A DNA stretch of 64,000 nt from Waterburya sp. (GTDB taxonomy: Bacteria > Cyanobacteriota > Cyanobacteriia > Cyanobacteriales > Xenococcaceae). Position 1 is the first letter of the stretch, and the number at the start of each line of letters is the position of its first letter. The position numbers and the translations under genes are program-made. The notes beneath the pieces were generated by a model. It was given only the letters and a program-made list of their open reading frames with translations, did no database searches and had not been told where the DNA came from. Where the stretch lies: contig CBDCJV010000002.1 of assembly GCA_965217895.1 (NCBI GenBank), positions 4,544,001 through 4,608,000 on the forward strand, written 5' to 3'. Below are positions 20,135 to 30,366 of this stretch, piece after piece.

Positions 20135-20485
20135 ATGCCTATCTTGCCAGAGGCTGACTACCGTGAATTTTTATGGTGGCTTTTACGTCAAAGAAAACGC
20201 TTAAAAGTTACTGGAAAATCAATGCTGCCTTTGTTACAGCCAGGGGAAGAAATTCTCGTCAATCCCTATTCTTATCACAGAACTTTGCCCAAAATTAATG
20301 ATGTTGTAGTTACAACTCATCCTCTATATTCAGAGTTAACCATAATCAAAAGAGTTACAGCTATTGACAATGATGGCAACTGCTTTCTAATTGGCGATAA
20401 TCTTGCAGCCAGTACAGATAGTCGTCATTGGGGTGCAGTGAATTACAAAAACCTAATAGGAAAGGTTACTAGTCGTTTTGGCTAG
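20135..20485 (+). CDS. sodX: Nickel-type superoxide dismutase maturation protease (S26-like)
   Basis: VTGKSMLPLL, IIKRV, GDN..STDSRHWG. Confidence 0.8.
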   Translation: MPILPEADYREFLWWLLRQRKRLKVTGKSMLPLLQPGEEILVNPYSYHRTLPKINDVVVTTHPLYSELTIIKRVTAIDNDGNCFLIGDNLAASTDSRHWGAVNYKNLIGKVTSRFG

Positions 20486-20639
20486 AATAGACTAGTAACC
20501 ACAAATAATAATGTTAAATTGCAAATGCTCCAGGCAAAGAATAGCTATAAAAACAATTAAAGCTAAAAAAGCCAAGTTTTCACTGCCTTTTTAACTTCCT
20601 TTTCGCCAATAGCGTTTGAATAGATCGACCTAGTAAAGG

Positions 20640-20978
20640 CTATTGAGCGATCGCTCCTTGAAACGCATCTTGATTCTCAAATATTTCAAAAGCCTTATCC
20701 AATTGGGTAAGCTCAAACATAATACGTACAGAAGGCGCAAGAGAACAAATTCCAAACCGATGTCCTAGGCTTTGAGCCAGACGAAAAGCTTTGATTAAGA
20801 CCATTAATCCTGCGCTATCCATAAACTCTACTGCTTCCATATTTACAAGTAGAGCAGAGTTTACAGAAGATTTGATTTCTACAGTTAACTTCTCTAAAAA
20901 TTCTGAGGCATTAGCTGCACTTAAAAAACCTTCTGGTCTAAAAGTAGTGAATTCTGTTCGTAACTTTGTGCTGCTCAT
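20640..20978 (-). CDS. STAS domain anti-sigma factor antagonist
   Basis: VEFMDSAGL, FELTQLD. Confidence 0.9.
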   Translation of the reverse strand: MSSTKLRTEFTTFRPEGFLSAANASEFLEKLTVEIKSSVNSALLVNMEAVEFMDSAGLMVLIKAFRLAQSLGHRFGICSLAPSVRIMFELTQLDKAFEIFENQDAFQGAIAQ

Positions 20979-21614
20979 CTTTATTACTTTCCGCTTTAGA
21001 TATTACTTAAAAAAATAGTTCTGTGTCCCAACGATAATCCGTAACTTTACGGATTCAATCTACTTTACAGAATCTTGATAAGAAGATGAAGTATTACTAA
21101 AATCTGACTACAGGGAGGCTAAATACTGGCTGAATATATTGAGCCTATTCGCTTGTAAAAGCTTGATATTAAGCTAATCAGCTTAAGTCGGCTTTTATTA
21201 TGAGAAACACCCTACATTTATAATCAATTTTTAGCGGTTTCATATCGTGGTAATCACTGAATTTTCACCTTAACTTTACATAAACCAAACTGCTGTTAGT
21301 AATTGGTATAAATTATTATGATTTAATTTTTGTCAAAAGTTGGTATTAAAATTTACTAAATTTTAGTTTTCTTACAGACATACTTTTTTCTTTTTTTGTC
21401 CTTGCAGATAACCATAAGGCTAAATCATAAAAGTAAAAAACTCGAACAACATTGAGGATATATGATTTGTTGGTCAGCAATAATAACAGTAAAGTAATTT
21501 TCTATACTAGACTTCTTGCATGAATCAGGCGATCGCTAAATCTAGTCCGCTATTGTAGCAGCTACATCTATTACTACTACTTTATTCAACTCTCGATCAA
21601 ACGCAAAAAATATT

Positions 21615-22571
21615 TCAGCTTGGCTTAGTACCAATAATTGTCCGATGGCGAGGATCGCTAGCTACGGTAGTTTGATAATTAAAACCCGCTTTGGTGACTG
21701 CTGCTTCGACATCAAAAGTATAGTAGTCATCACTCCAAGGTTCGGTGCTTTTCATGAGGGTAAACAGTACTGGAGGTAAGCGTTGAATTACAGCAGAGGC
21801 AGGATTATTATCCACAATGCCTATTACACCTCCTGGTTTTAGAATGCGTAGCACTTCTGTGAAAATTTTTTGGGTTGCTTGGTGGGGTAACTCATGAATA
21901 ACGAATTGCAGGGTAACTAAATCCAGAGAATTATCCGCCAACTCGGTAGACTCTCCCATGCCATGCAGCCATTGAGCAATTTCTTGAGTATCGGTAGTTT
22001 TTGCCACTGCCAACATATAGGGAGATAAATCTAAACCAATGGTATTGATTGCACTTTCTTGTTTCTCGCAAAAGTAGCGATGTAATTCTCGAGTAGAAAT
22101 ACCTACAGAACAACCTAAATCTAAAATATCTGTAATTGTTTTTGGAGTATATTGTTCTAGTATCTGATAAAAACTATGGCGGAGTCTTTGCTGCGCTGTT
22201 TGCCAAGTAATATCTTCATCTTTCCAGATCCTTAACCCCATAGAATAAGTTGCAGAAGGAGCTTCAAAAGCTGCCTGCCAACATAGATTGCCTTCATCGT
22301 AGGCATGAAAAGGTACTTGATAGTAATCGGGATAAACTAAATCTTTATTGGTTAAGGAGTCTAACAAATCCTTTGCCCCAGACTGTTCTAATTCCTGATA
22401 ATTCTTGCGCCAGGGAATACCGTTTTTTTCAGCAGTTTTGATCAATACCTGTCGCGCTTGACGCTGCATCACTCTATATATTGGCTTGGTTTGAATTAGC
22501 AGGTTTACAAAGCGAGAAAGCAGATCTTTTCCTGCCCAATCTGGTTTTAATTTATCGGTGGAAATTGTCAC
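21615..22571 (-). CDS. Class I SAM-dependent methyltransferase
   Basis: YYQVPFHAYDEGNL, LDLGCSVG, GLDLSPYML. Confidence 0.9.
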   Translation of the reverse strand: MTISTDKLKPDWAGKDLLSRFVNLLIQTKPIYRVMQRQARQVLIKTAEKNGIPWRKNYQELEQSGAKDLLDSLTNKDLVYPDYYQVPFHAYDEGNLCWQAAFEAPSATYSMGLRIWKDEDITWQTAQQRLRHSFYQILEQYTPKTITDILDLGCSVGISTRELHRYFCEKQESAINTIGLDLSPYMLAVAKTTDTQEIAQWLHGMGESTELADNSLDLVTLQFVIHELPHQATQKIFTEVLRILKPGGVIGIVDNNPASAVIQRLPPVLFTLMKSTEPWSDDYYTFDVEAAVTKAGFNYQTTVASDPRHRTIIGTKPS

Positions 22572-22854
22572 AGTAGTTAGAATTTATGGAAGTTCATGAC
22601 GAGATAGAATTATAGGCGATCACGATCGCTTTTTTTAATTTAGATTTTATTAAACTACGGGATTTCTTAAAGGAGAATTCACTGCTACATCGAACTGTTT
22701 ATTTCCCCTTTGAGTCCTTTGTCACCCCGTGAGTCAAGCTTGTATAAAACAACAACTTGCCTAAACTAAACTTTGAATTAGCTATAATCGAAAATTCAGT
22801 TTTTTATGAGCAGTCTTTTTTAGGTTGTTCTAAAAAGCATTTTGCAATTGTGGA

Positions 22855-24369
22855 GTGAGTACAGAAGATTTGAGCAAGTTATTGAAATTTAAATACTTAC
22901 TGTGTTTTGGTCTCAGCTTGATTTTTTTTATATCTACTGCTGTTATATTCTTGACAACACAAGCTACCTCAGTAACTAATCCGCCGCCCAATATTGTATT
23001 TGTTTTGACCGATGATTTAGATAATGTTGAGGTTGACTATATGCCTCAGGTAAAGTCGTTTATGGCTGATGGGGGAGTTAGTTTTAGCAACTATTTTGTC
23101 AATATCTCTCTTTGCTGTCCCTCTAGGGCAACCATGCTACGTGGACAATACGCTCACAATACAGGAGTTTATACCAATAAAAAGCAAGATGGTAGCTTTA
23201 TTTATCTTTATCGACATGGTTTAGAGAAATCAACTATTGCCACTTGGCTACAGCAAAAAGGTTATCGTAATGCTTACTTAGGCAAATACTTTAACGGCTA
23301 TCCGCGACACGCACCGAAAAACTATGTGCCTCCAGGTTGGGATGAATGGGCTAGTCCAATCTACGATAGTGGTTATGTGGGATTTAACTATACTCTCAAT
23401 GAAAATGGTAATTTTGTTGAATATGGCGATCGCCCTGAAGACTATACTAGTGATGTCTACACAGCCAAAGCGAAAAAGTTTATCAATCAGGCAGCTAAAG
23501 ACAAACAACCCTTTTTTCTCTATATTTCTTATTTTCCACCCCATCAACCAGCAATTCCCGCACCCCGTCACAGCCAGCTATTTCCTGATGCTTTTCAACC
23601 TCGCACTCCTTCCTTTAACGAAGCAGACGTGAGTGATAAACCTGAATATATTCGTAATTTACCTTTGTTGAATCAGCAGGATAAAGATGAGATTGATTTT
23701 CTCTATCGAAAAAGATTGCGATCGCTTCAGTCCGTCGATGAAGGTTTAGTAACCTTGGTTGATACCCTTAGAGCCAATGGTCAGCTAGACAATACCTATT
23801 TTATTTTCACCTCAGATAACGGGTTTCATCTTGGTCAACATCGCTTACCTCCCGAAAAAGAGACGGCTTATGAAGAAGATATTCACTTACCTCTTTATGT
23901 CAGAGGACCAGATGTGCCTGCGGGCAAAGCTATGGATCAGATTGTTAGTAACCTCGATCTAGCACCTACCTTTGCCGAACTAGCAGGGGCGAATACTCCT
24001 GATTTTGTTGATGGTCGCTCTTTGGTTAGTTTATTTCGTCGCAATTCTGTTGTACCAAGTTCTTGGCGACAGGTCTTTTTTCTCCAGCATCGATTAAATC
24101 GAAAAACAACCCCTTTAATTCCTAGTTTTAGAGGTTTACGAACTGACCACTGTACTTATGTTAAATACATTACTGGCGAGGAAGAACTATACGACATTAC
24201 ACAAGACCCTTATCAACTACAAAATTTGGCCAGGGTAATTCAACCTCAAGTAATCAAAGAATATGCCAAACGTATGATCGATCTTAGTAAATGTAAAGGG
24301 GAAACTTGTCGAAAAAAAGAACTTAAACCTTTACCAGACTGTGCAATAGATAAAGAAAGAAGCGGTTAA
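22855..24369 (+). CDS. Sulfatase (Cys-type, GlcNAc-6-sulfatase-like) with N-terminal TM/signal
   Basis: PNIVFVLTDD, CCPSRATMLRG, GKYFNGY, TSDNGFHLGQH. Confidence 0.92.
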   Translation: MSTEDLSKLLKFKYLLCFGLSLIFFISTAVIFLTTQATSVTNPPPNIVFVLTDDLDNVEVDYMPQVKSFMADGGVSFSNYFVNISLCCPSRATMLRGQYAHNTGVYTNKKQDGSFIYLYRHGLEKSTIATWLQQKGYRNAYLGKYFNGYPRHAPKNYVPPGWDEWASPIYDSGYVGFNYTLNENGNFVEYGDRPEDYTSDVYTAKAKKFINQAAKDKQPFFLYISYFPPHQPAIPAPRHSQLFPDAFQPRTPSFNEADVSDKPEYIRNLPLLNQQDKDEIDFLYRKRLRSLQSVDEGLVTLVDTLRANGQLDNTYFIFTSDNGFHLGQHRLPPEKETAYEEDIHLPLYVRGPDVPAGKAMDQIVSNLDLAPTFAELAGANTPDFVDGRSLVSLFRRNSVVPSSWRQVFFLQHRLNRKTTPLIPSFRGLRTDHCTYVKYITGEEELYDITQDPYQLQNLARVIQPQVIKEYAKRMIDLSKCKGETCRKKELKPLPDCAIDKERSG

Positions 24370-24371
24370 TC

Positions 24372-24530
24372 ATACCAATTCTCAAGACGAGCGTGGAATA
24401 GCGATGTGACCCCGCGGATTTTTAATCCGCAAAATGAAGGCTTAAGCCGTATGTACGCGCATCAAGACAAGCTCCCTAAACGGGAGCATTTCCGCTCGTC
24501 TTAAACCCACGCGAAGCGCGTTCCACACCG
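24372..24530. repeat. Nested hairpin / MITE-like element
   Basis: AAGACGAGCG..CGCTCGTCTT outer inverted repeat with internal hairpins GCGGATT/AATCCGC and GCTCCC/GGGAGC. Confidence 0.65.
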
Positions 24531-24546
24531 TAGTCAATTAAAAAGC

Positions 24547-25083
24547 TTATTCTCTCATCCTTTTAAGCTTTTTGTCACCCCGTGAGGGGCTTTGCAGAAT
24601 AATAATTTGCTTGCTGTCTTGATATTCTGCTAGCTTTTCTACGATTTTGTGACGATGTAGCTTAGGAAAGTTCCAAACATATTGCAAAAATTCCCAGTTT
24701 AATCTTTCAGGACAACCAGCAGCCATATCTGGTCTTACCTTGTTAGGATACTCTAAATATCGTCTTATAACTCGCCACAAACATAAATAACGATTGAAAT
24801 CTAGCCAAATAATAGTGTCTGACGCAGTTAAACGAATATCCATTGTATTGTAATAATTACCATCAATAATCCAGCTATTCGCTTTAATTAATTCTTGCTG
24901 TATTTTTTGCCATTTGTTTTGATTGGTTTCTTGCCATCCTGATTGCCAATAATAAACATCCAAATGAATAACTGGCAAATTAAGCTGTTTTCCTAAATTT
25001 CTTGCCAAGGTAGATTTACCTGCACCACAAGAACCAATTATCAATATACGTTCTTGATTAGACTTTTGAAAAGCAACCATCAC
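24547..25083 (-). CDS. P-loop kinase, FlaR / DNA topology modulation protein-like
   Basis: GSCGAGKST, WIIDGNY, RPDMAAGCPER. Confidence 0.88.
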   Translation of the reverse strand: MMVAFQKSNQERILIIGSCGAGKSTLARNLGKQLNLPVIHLDVYYWQSGWQETNQNKWQKIQQELIKANSWIIDGNYYNTMDIRLTASDTIIWLDFNRYLCLWRVIRRYLEYPNKVRPDMAAGCPERLNWEFLQYVWNFPKLHRHKIVEKLAEYQDSKQIIILQSPSRGDKKLKRMRE

Positions 25084-25096
25084 TTTTAATCGAAAG

Positions 25097-25549
25097 TTAA
25101 ACTAATTTTGAGCGCAAAATTTGGTCTACCTGTAGTCGCTTTGCTTGAGGAACCCAAATTTTCCATCTTTTGTACCACCAATTCCGACGTTTAAACTTTA
25201 ACAATAACTCTTCAGAACTTTTCCATTCATAGGACTGAATTAGTGACCAGCGAATGAGATAACCATAGGTCATAATTCCATTTTCTCGCACCTCTTCAGG
25301 ACAAAAAAGATCTATTAAGTAACTTGAAGCTAAACCTACAGAACCGCCACTAATTAAAGGACTCTGAATATAAAGACCTAAAATAATTAGAATGGTGCTT
25401 AATCCAATCAGCATAAACCGCCGAAACCTAGACATTGGTATGACTAAGAGTTGTTCTCCCGCTTGACGATACTGTTGCTTTAATAATGTAACAAAGATCG
25501 CGAAAAGTAAGATTGGCAGAATTAATGCAGCAGCTAGCTTAATCAACAT
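25097..25549 (-). CDS. Hypothetical membrane protein (DUF5673-like)
   Basis: Three TM segments followed by ENGI..IRWSLIQSYEW. Confidence 0.65.
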   Translation of the reverse strand: MLIKLAAALILPILLFAIFVTLLKQQYRQAGEQLLVIPMSRFRRFMLIGLSTILIILGLYIQSPLISGGSVGLASSYLIDLFCPEEVRENGIMTYGYLIRWSLIQSYEWKSSEELLLKFKRRNWWYKRWKIWVPQAKRLQVDQILRSKLV

Positions 25550-25806
25550 GGCTTTTTACCTTTAAATGTTATTTATTAGCTTTTATAAGTCAGTTTTTTT
25601 AAACTAATTTATCACCTCACCTTTAAAAAAATCAGTCTAAACTATTGCTCAGTGAAATGTTATTTATTGCTTTTAAATCATATTTTTTTTAAAAAAACAT
25701 CTAAATATTGACACAAAGAGTACTTTAAATTAAGGTTAATTTATGCATAAGATACTTAATCTTATGATATTTCTTGTATGTATAATTACTGATTATTTAT
25801 AATAAA

Positions 25807-26490
25807 ATGAATATATTTGATTATTCAATTATTAGCTTTTTAAATCAATTTGCTCAACGATCGGTAGAGTTGGATGAACTAGTGTTACTTATTAGTGACA
25901 ATGTGCTGCTAAAAGGCGTTTTCATTCTTGCTTTATTTTGCTATGCCTGGTTTAAGGAAGATAGCCGTAAGATCGTCAAAAAAAATCGTGAACATATTTT
26001 GATCACAATTTTGGCTAGTGTAGCGGGAATTTTTGGTGCAAGACTGCTAGTTTTGTCGCTTCCTTTCCGATTAAGACCTTTACACAATCCTGAAATAGCA
26101 CTGGAATTTCCTCTAAAAAGAGAATTTCTGGAAGGATGGAGTTCTTTCCCCAGCGATCATGCTATTTTATTTTTTACCTTAGCTACGGGTTTATTTTTTG
26201 TCTCGCGTATTTTAGGCACAATTGCGATCGCTCACGCCATCTTCGTTATTTCTCTTCCGAGAATTTATCTCGGATTGCATTATCCAACTGATATTCTGGC
26301 AGGAGCTTTGATCGGCATCGGCGTAGCACTTTTAGTCAACAGAAGAAGAATCAGCAACACAATCGCTAAACTGCCGATGCGCTTATTAGACAAGAATCCT
26401 AGCTTGTTCTATAGCTGCTTCTTTGTTGGAGTCTTTGAAATTGCCGAAATGTTTAATAGTTTGCGAAACATAGCCAGGGTTGTCTTCTAG
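25807..26490 (+). CDS. PAP2 family phosphatase (undecaprenyl-diphosphatase-like)
   Basis: RLRP, SFPSDHA, PRIYLGLHYPTDILAG. Confidence 0.92.
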   Translation: MNIFDYSIISFLNQFAQRSVELDELVLLISDNVLLKGVFILALFCYAWFKEDSRKIVKKNREHILITILASVAGIFGARLLVLSLPFRLRPLHNPEIALEFPLKREFLEGWSSFPSDHAILFFTLATGLFFVSRILGTIAIAHAIFVISLPRIYLGLHYPTDILAGALIGIGVALLVNRRRISNTIAKLPMRLLDKNPSLFYSCFFVGVFEIAEMFNSLRNIARVVF

Positions 26491-26540
26491 CTCTTCTCTA
26501 GCTTTGCTTAAAATTAGGTAGAAGAATAAATGTAGAGTAT

Positions 26541-26993
26541 TTATCTTGAAGAGTCTAAATAACTAAAACTCCAACCGTGTTGCTCAAAACCCAAAGATTC
26601 ATAGAATTTGTGAGTGCGATCGCGTTTTAGATTAGAAGAAAGAGTGACTTTATAGCATCCTGCATCAAAACTAATTTCTAAAGCTTTTTGCATCATTTGT
26701 TTGCCAAAACCTTTTTGCCGATATGCAGTAGAAATAGTAACAGAATCGAGGATAGCCGCTCTATGAAAACCTTGGTGCATCATGGTTGGCATAAATAATA
26801 AGCTAAAAGTGCCTATCTCCTTATTTTCCAAACAAGCCAGATAAATATAATAATTTGGAACTTGCTCTATTTGATTCCAAATAGCTGTTATTTCTGCCTC
26901 AGACATCAACGGTTTTCCATCCATGTCAGCATAAAAACGATTGAGAATTGGTAAATCTTGTTTTGTTGCCAGGCGAATCTTAATCTCTTTCAT
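26541..26993 (-). CDS. GNAT family N-acetyltransferase
   Basis: YRQKGFGK, GCYKVTLSS, FYESLGF. Confidence 0.92.
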   Translation of the reverse strand: MKEIKIRLATKQDLPILNRFYADMDGKPLMSEAEITAIWNQIEQVPNYYIYLACLENKEIGTFSLLFMPTMMHQGFHRAAILDSVTISTAYRQKGFGKQMMQKALEISFDAGCYKVTLSSNLKRDRTHKFYESLGFEQHGWSFSYLDSSR

Positions 26994-27014
26994 TTTTAAT
27001 CATCGTTAAATATA

Positions 27015-27052
27015 AAAAAGCGTAAAACTCGGCTTCGTCACAAAAACCGAGT
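27015..27052 (-). terminator. Putative terminator after rplT
   Basis: ACTCGG..CCGAGT stem followed by a T-rich tract on the minus strand. Confidence 0.5.
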
Positions 27053-27116
27053 CTCTTACAATTTTTAGCCATTCAATTAAATTCAGTAATTTCTGAATAA
27101 CTAATCTATTTCAGAT

Positions 27117-27470
27117 TTAATCTGCTGATTTAGCTACTTCAACAACTTTTTCAAAAGCTTGAGGATCGACCATTGCTAACTGTGCCAACATTTTGCGATT
27201 TAAACCTACCTCAGCTTTCTTTAGCTGATGAGTAAACTTGCTGTAGCTTAAGCCGTGCATTCTGGCTGCTGCATTGATGCGGGTAATCCAAAGACGACGA
27301 AAATCACGTTTGCGTTTACGGCGATCGCGATAGGCATTACGCAATGCCTTCATTACCTGCTGATTGGCAATACGAAATAGCTTGGAATGTGAACCACGGA
27401 AGCCTTTTGCTAGCTTTAATATTTTCTTGCGACGTTTGCGGGCAACATTGCCCCGTTTGACTCTACTCAT
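27117..27470 (-). CDS. rplT: 50S ribosomal protein L20
   Basis: [26 protein letters not shown]. Confidence 0.99.
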   Translation of the reverse strand: MSRVKRGNVARKRRKKILKLAKGFRGSHSKLFRIANQQVMKALRNAYRDRRKRKRDFRRLWITRINAAARMHGLSYSKFTHQLKKAEVGLNRKMLAQLAMVDPQAFEKVVEVAKSAD

Positions 27471-27562
27471 AATTAATCTTTAGAACTTAGAACTTGTTTG
27501 ATGGGCGTTAACAACTAAATTTAGTAGTAACTTTTAGTTAAAAAAGACAGTATTAGCCTAAA

Positions 27563-27766
27563 TTAGCTATAGGGCATCATTGTGCGTACTGCTTTTTCGT
27601 CAGTCTCATGTACCACAGTCATGCTAGATAAACGACGGCGAGTACGTTCTTTGCTTTTACGTTCTAATAAGTGATTTTTGAACGCCTTGCGACGCATGAT
27701 TTTCTTGCCACTGCCAGTAATACGAAAACGCTTGGCAGCGGATTTTTTAGTTTTTAACTTAGGCAT
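27563..27766 (-). CDS. rpmI: 50S ribosomal protein L35
   Basis: [14 protein letters not shown]. Confidence 0.99.
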   Translation of the reverse strand: MPKLKTKKSAAKRFRITGSGKKIMRRKAFKNHLLERKSKERTRRRLSSMTVVHETDEKAVRTMMPYS

Positions 27767-27983
27767 TGGCTACTAATAATTAGACACAATTTACAATTAT
27801 ACTATTCAGCTAATGTCAATTACAAATTTTTTAAAAGCTATAGGCATCGAAACCCCGCGTCGCCGTTAGGCGCAAGGGAATGCTCGACAAGACAGCTATA
27901 AGCTTTATGAAGACTAAAAATATTATTGCTGGCAAAAATTCTAATAATAAAAATATTAATTGAACGCGATGACGCGATTTACA

Positions 27984-28271
27984 TTAAGAAGCAGGAATAG
28001 TCCGTATAATTAAGGTAGTGATACTAGTAGTAACTGCAACAATGATCGGAACAATTAAAGATTTTGCTCCTATAAGACTAGATACGTCTGAAGTTAAAGT
28101 TTTTTGCTTGTCTTTTAGTTCTTTTACTGTCTCATCAATATTATTTACTTTTACTTTGATTTCAGCTTGACCTACCTTAAGATTACTAACTTCTTCTAGT
28201 AGCTTCTTTTGGTCGGATCTAATATCTTTTAATATTTCTGCTAAATCAGTTTCTATAGTTGGGTTGCTCAT
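27984..28271 (-). CDS. Small coiled-coil protein with C-terminal TM helix
   Basis: IETDLAEIL.. heptad pattern and hydrophobic C-terminus. Confidence 0.7.
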   Translation of the reverse strand: MSNPTIETDLAEILKDIRSDQKKLLEEVSNLKVGQAEIKVKVNNIDETVKELKDKQKTLTSDVSSLIGAKSLIVPIIVAVTTSITTLIIRTIPAS

Positions 28272-28327
28272 TTATTTAGCATTTTTATTGTTATTTTAAA
28301 CTAAATTTATTGAAGAGCGATCTAATA

Positions 28328-28507
28328 TTAGGTTCGGATGAAGAGTTAAATTTAGGTAGGTAAAGTAGCAAGTAGCGCGTTCTGGAGAACGCCGACATCG
28401 CTTCGCGATGGCGACACGCTCCAGCGTGTGCAGATAGCAAGTTTTTTAGACCCAGTTTTAATTATTTCATGGATACATATTGTATTAAAGCAATTATCCG
28501 AACTTGA
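28328..28507. repeat. MITE-like element with nested GC-rich hairpins
   Basis: GTTCGGAT ... ATCCGAAC ends. Internal GCGTTCT/AGAACGC, CATCGC/GCGATG and ACACGCT/AGCGTGT hairpins. Confidence 0.65.
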
Positions 28508-28589
28508 TCTAAAAGCGATCGCACAATCTCGCTGGCACAAAAGACAAGTCGCTTCACTGCTCTAACTGTCCTAACTGCCCTAACTGTTG

Positions 28590-29411
28590 TTAGCGATTTA
28601 ATGCCGACAGAAGTGCCTGCTGTCCTACTTTTTGATATACTTCAGCTAAATATTGTTGAACTGCTTCAGCATCGGCAGGAGGTAAAGGCATTTTGCCTAA
28701 AATATCTAAAGCTGTTTTTTGTTCTGTGGGTGGCGCGATCGCCACTAAACTTGATTCTAAGGGTTCTTCATATTGCCAAAAGCCCTTAACAACAGCAGAT
28801 GCGTCTTTTTCTGTATTGGTGAGCGAGCTAATTACCTTGGCTGATTCTGATTGCGCCGAGGGATTTATCCTAGCTGCTTTTTGACTACGTAGCTGACGCA
28901 AACGCTCAATAATTTGGTTTTTAGTGCGTCCTCGCAATTGAAAAATAATAAACGGATCTTCACTAAAGCGATCGCCCAATTGATAGTAAACTGCTGCAAT
29001 ATGCTTACAGGGATTGGCTTTGTCGGGACAGCTACAGCGAGAGCGAACTTCGTTAAGGGTAAAAGGAAATAGGCTTAATCCGCCAGCCGTAAATACAGCC
29101 TCAATAGTCTCTGGCATTTCCCCTGCTAGTAGCTGCGCTGAAAAAATTGCCTTCTCAGACATTTTTGAGATTACGTAATCCCAGTCTTCATTACTAAAAG
29201 ACTGTAAGGATAAAGATACTTTATAGGGTTCGGCATCACTACCCTGTACCGTAGCTTTAGCACGAGAGTCATTAAAGTCCATGCTTAGAACATTACCCTC
29301 CCTAGCATAGCTTCTTCCTCTTTCCAGGCGTTTTTTGAAGCGATAGGAACTAAGTAGCTCCAACCATCGCTCCACCCACCATTCTTGCTTTTCTACTTCA
29401 AAGTTGGTCAT
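28590..29411 (-). CDS. SWIM zinc finger protein
   Basis: RLERGRSYAREG, CSCPD..PCKH. Confidence 0.92.
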   Translation of the reverse strand: MTNFEVEKQEWWVERWLELLSSYRFKKRLERGRSYAREGNVLSMDFNDSRAKATVQGSDAEPYKVSLSLQSFSNEDWDYVISKMSEKAIFSAQLLAGEMPETIEAVFTAGGLSLFPFTLNEVRSRCSCPDKANPCKHIAAVYYQLGDRFSEDPFIIFQLRGRTKNQIIERLRQLRSQKAARINPSAQSESAKVISSLTNTEKDASAVVKGFWQYEEPLESSLVAIAPPTEQKTALDILGKMPLPPADAEAVQQYLAEVYQKVGQQALLSALNR

Positions 29412-29416
29412 TTTTT

Positions 29417-29449
29417 TAGCTCTTAGCTCTTAGCTCTTAGCTCTTAGCT
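29417..29449. repeat. Heptamer tandem repeat (TAGCTCT)n
   Basis: About 4.5 copies, read directly. Confidence 0.9.
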
Positions 29450-29510
29450 TCAGGAAAAAGCCAGTTACTATTTGCCAAATCATCATCTATCATTCTCTAA
29501 CAAAAAAGAA

Positions 29511-30344
29511 CTAATTTCTAGCTTTATAAAACGTTTCTAAGCTATCGCGATCGCCAACAAAACGCCAGTGCCAAGGTTCATAATTAACGCCTTGTTTATT
29601 ATTAAGCGGAAAAGATAGTTCAAAACTATATTTCAAAGCATTTTGTTTCAACCAGCGAAAAGCAGCAGTATTCACAAATGTTTCTTCTACGTTAGTCGCC
29701 GGGGCGTTGCCGTCGCCAATATCGAGGGCGTAACCTGTATGATGCTCACTATAGCCAGGAGGCGCGCTAACTTCGGCTCTGGTAGTAGCATTCTGTACTC
29801 TTTGCTCTTTAACTTTAAAGAACAGCTTTTCTTGCTCCTTTGCATTCCGAAAAGCGGAAATGGCAACCAAATTTACACCATCGGCTTTGGCAGCAGTCTG
29901 CATTTGCTGAAATTTAGCAGCAGCAGCAGGGCGCAACTTTAACCTACCGTCAACGGTAATTGGTACTAATTCGGATTCTGGAGCAACGTCATAGGGTAAA
30001 TGCCCTAATAAAGTTTCCTGACCAGGTTTTGCTGTTGTCAAAGTTTCCAAGGAATTTTGTAGCTCTGGTTGCTTATTTTTGGGTGAGATACCTTTTGCAA
30101 CAGGGGTTGATTGTTGCTCACTGTTTTTGACTTTAGGCGTTGATGATGATGGTTCAATAACAGGCTGTTGAACCGCCGTTTGAGTAGATTTATTGCTTAG
30201 AGAAATTAGAAACATTGATAATAACCCCGCCAATCCCAGGCAGGTAATCACCCCAAGAATTAAGGGTAAAGATAAAACAAAATTTGCTTTTTTAGGGAGA
30301 TCGTTCTCTTCTCTTATAGCCTCTGGAATTTCGATTTCATCCAT
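29511..30344 (-). CDS. D-alanyl-D-alanine carboxypeptidase (VanY / M15)
   Basis: SAFR, SEHHTGYALD, EPWHWRFVG. Confidence 0.92.
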   Translation of the reverse strand: MDEIEIPEAIREENDLPKKANFVLSLPLILGVITCLGLAGLLSMFLISLSNKSTQTAVQQPVIEPSSSTPKVKNSEQQSTPVAKGISPKNKQPELQNSLETLTTAKPGQETLLGHLPYDVAPESELVPITVDGRLKLRPAAAAKFQQMQTAAKADGVNLVAISAFRNAKEQEKLFFKVKEQRVQNATTRAEVSAPPGYSEHHTGYALDIGDGNAPATNVEETFVNTAAFRWLKQNALKYSFELSFPLNNKQGVNYEPWHWRFVGDRDSLETFYKARN

Positions 30345-30366
30345 AATTTGTTCAACAACTATTGTT

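Noticed and set aside
28352..28540. 62-aa ORF
   Set aside because: It runs through a hairpin repeat element and is probably spurious.
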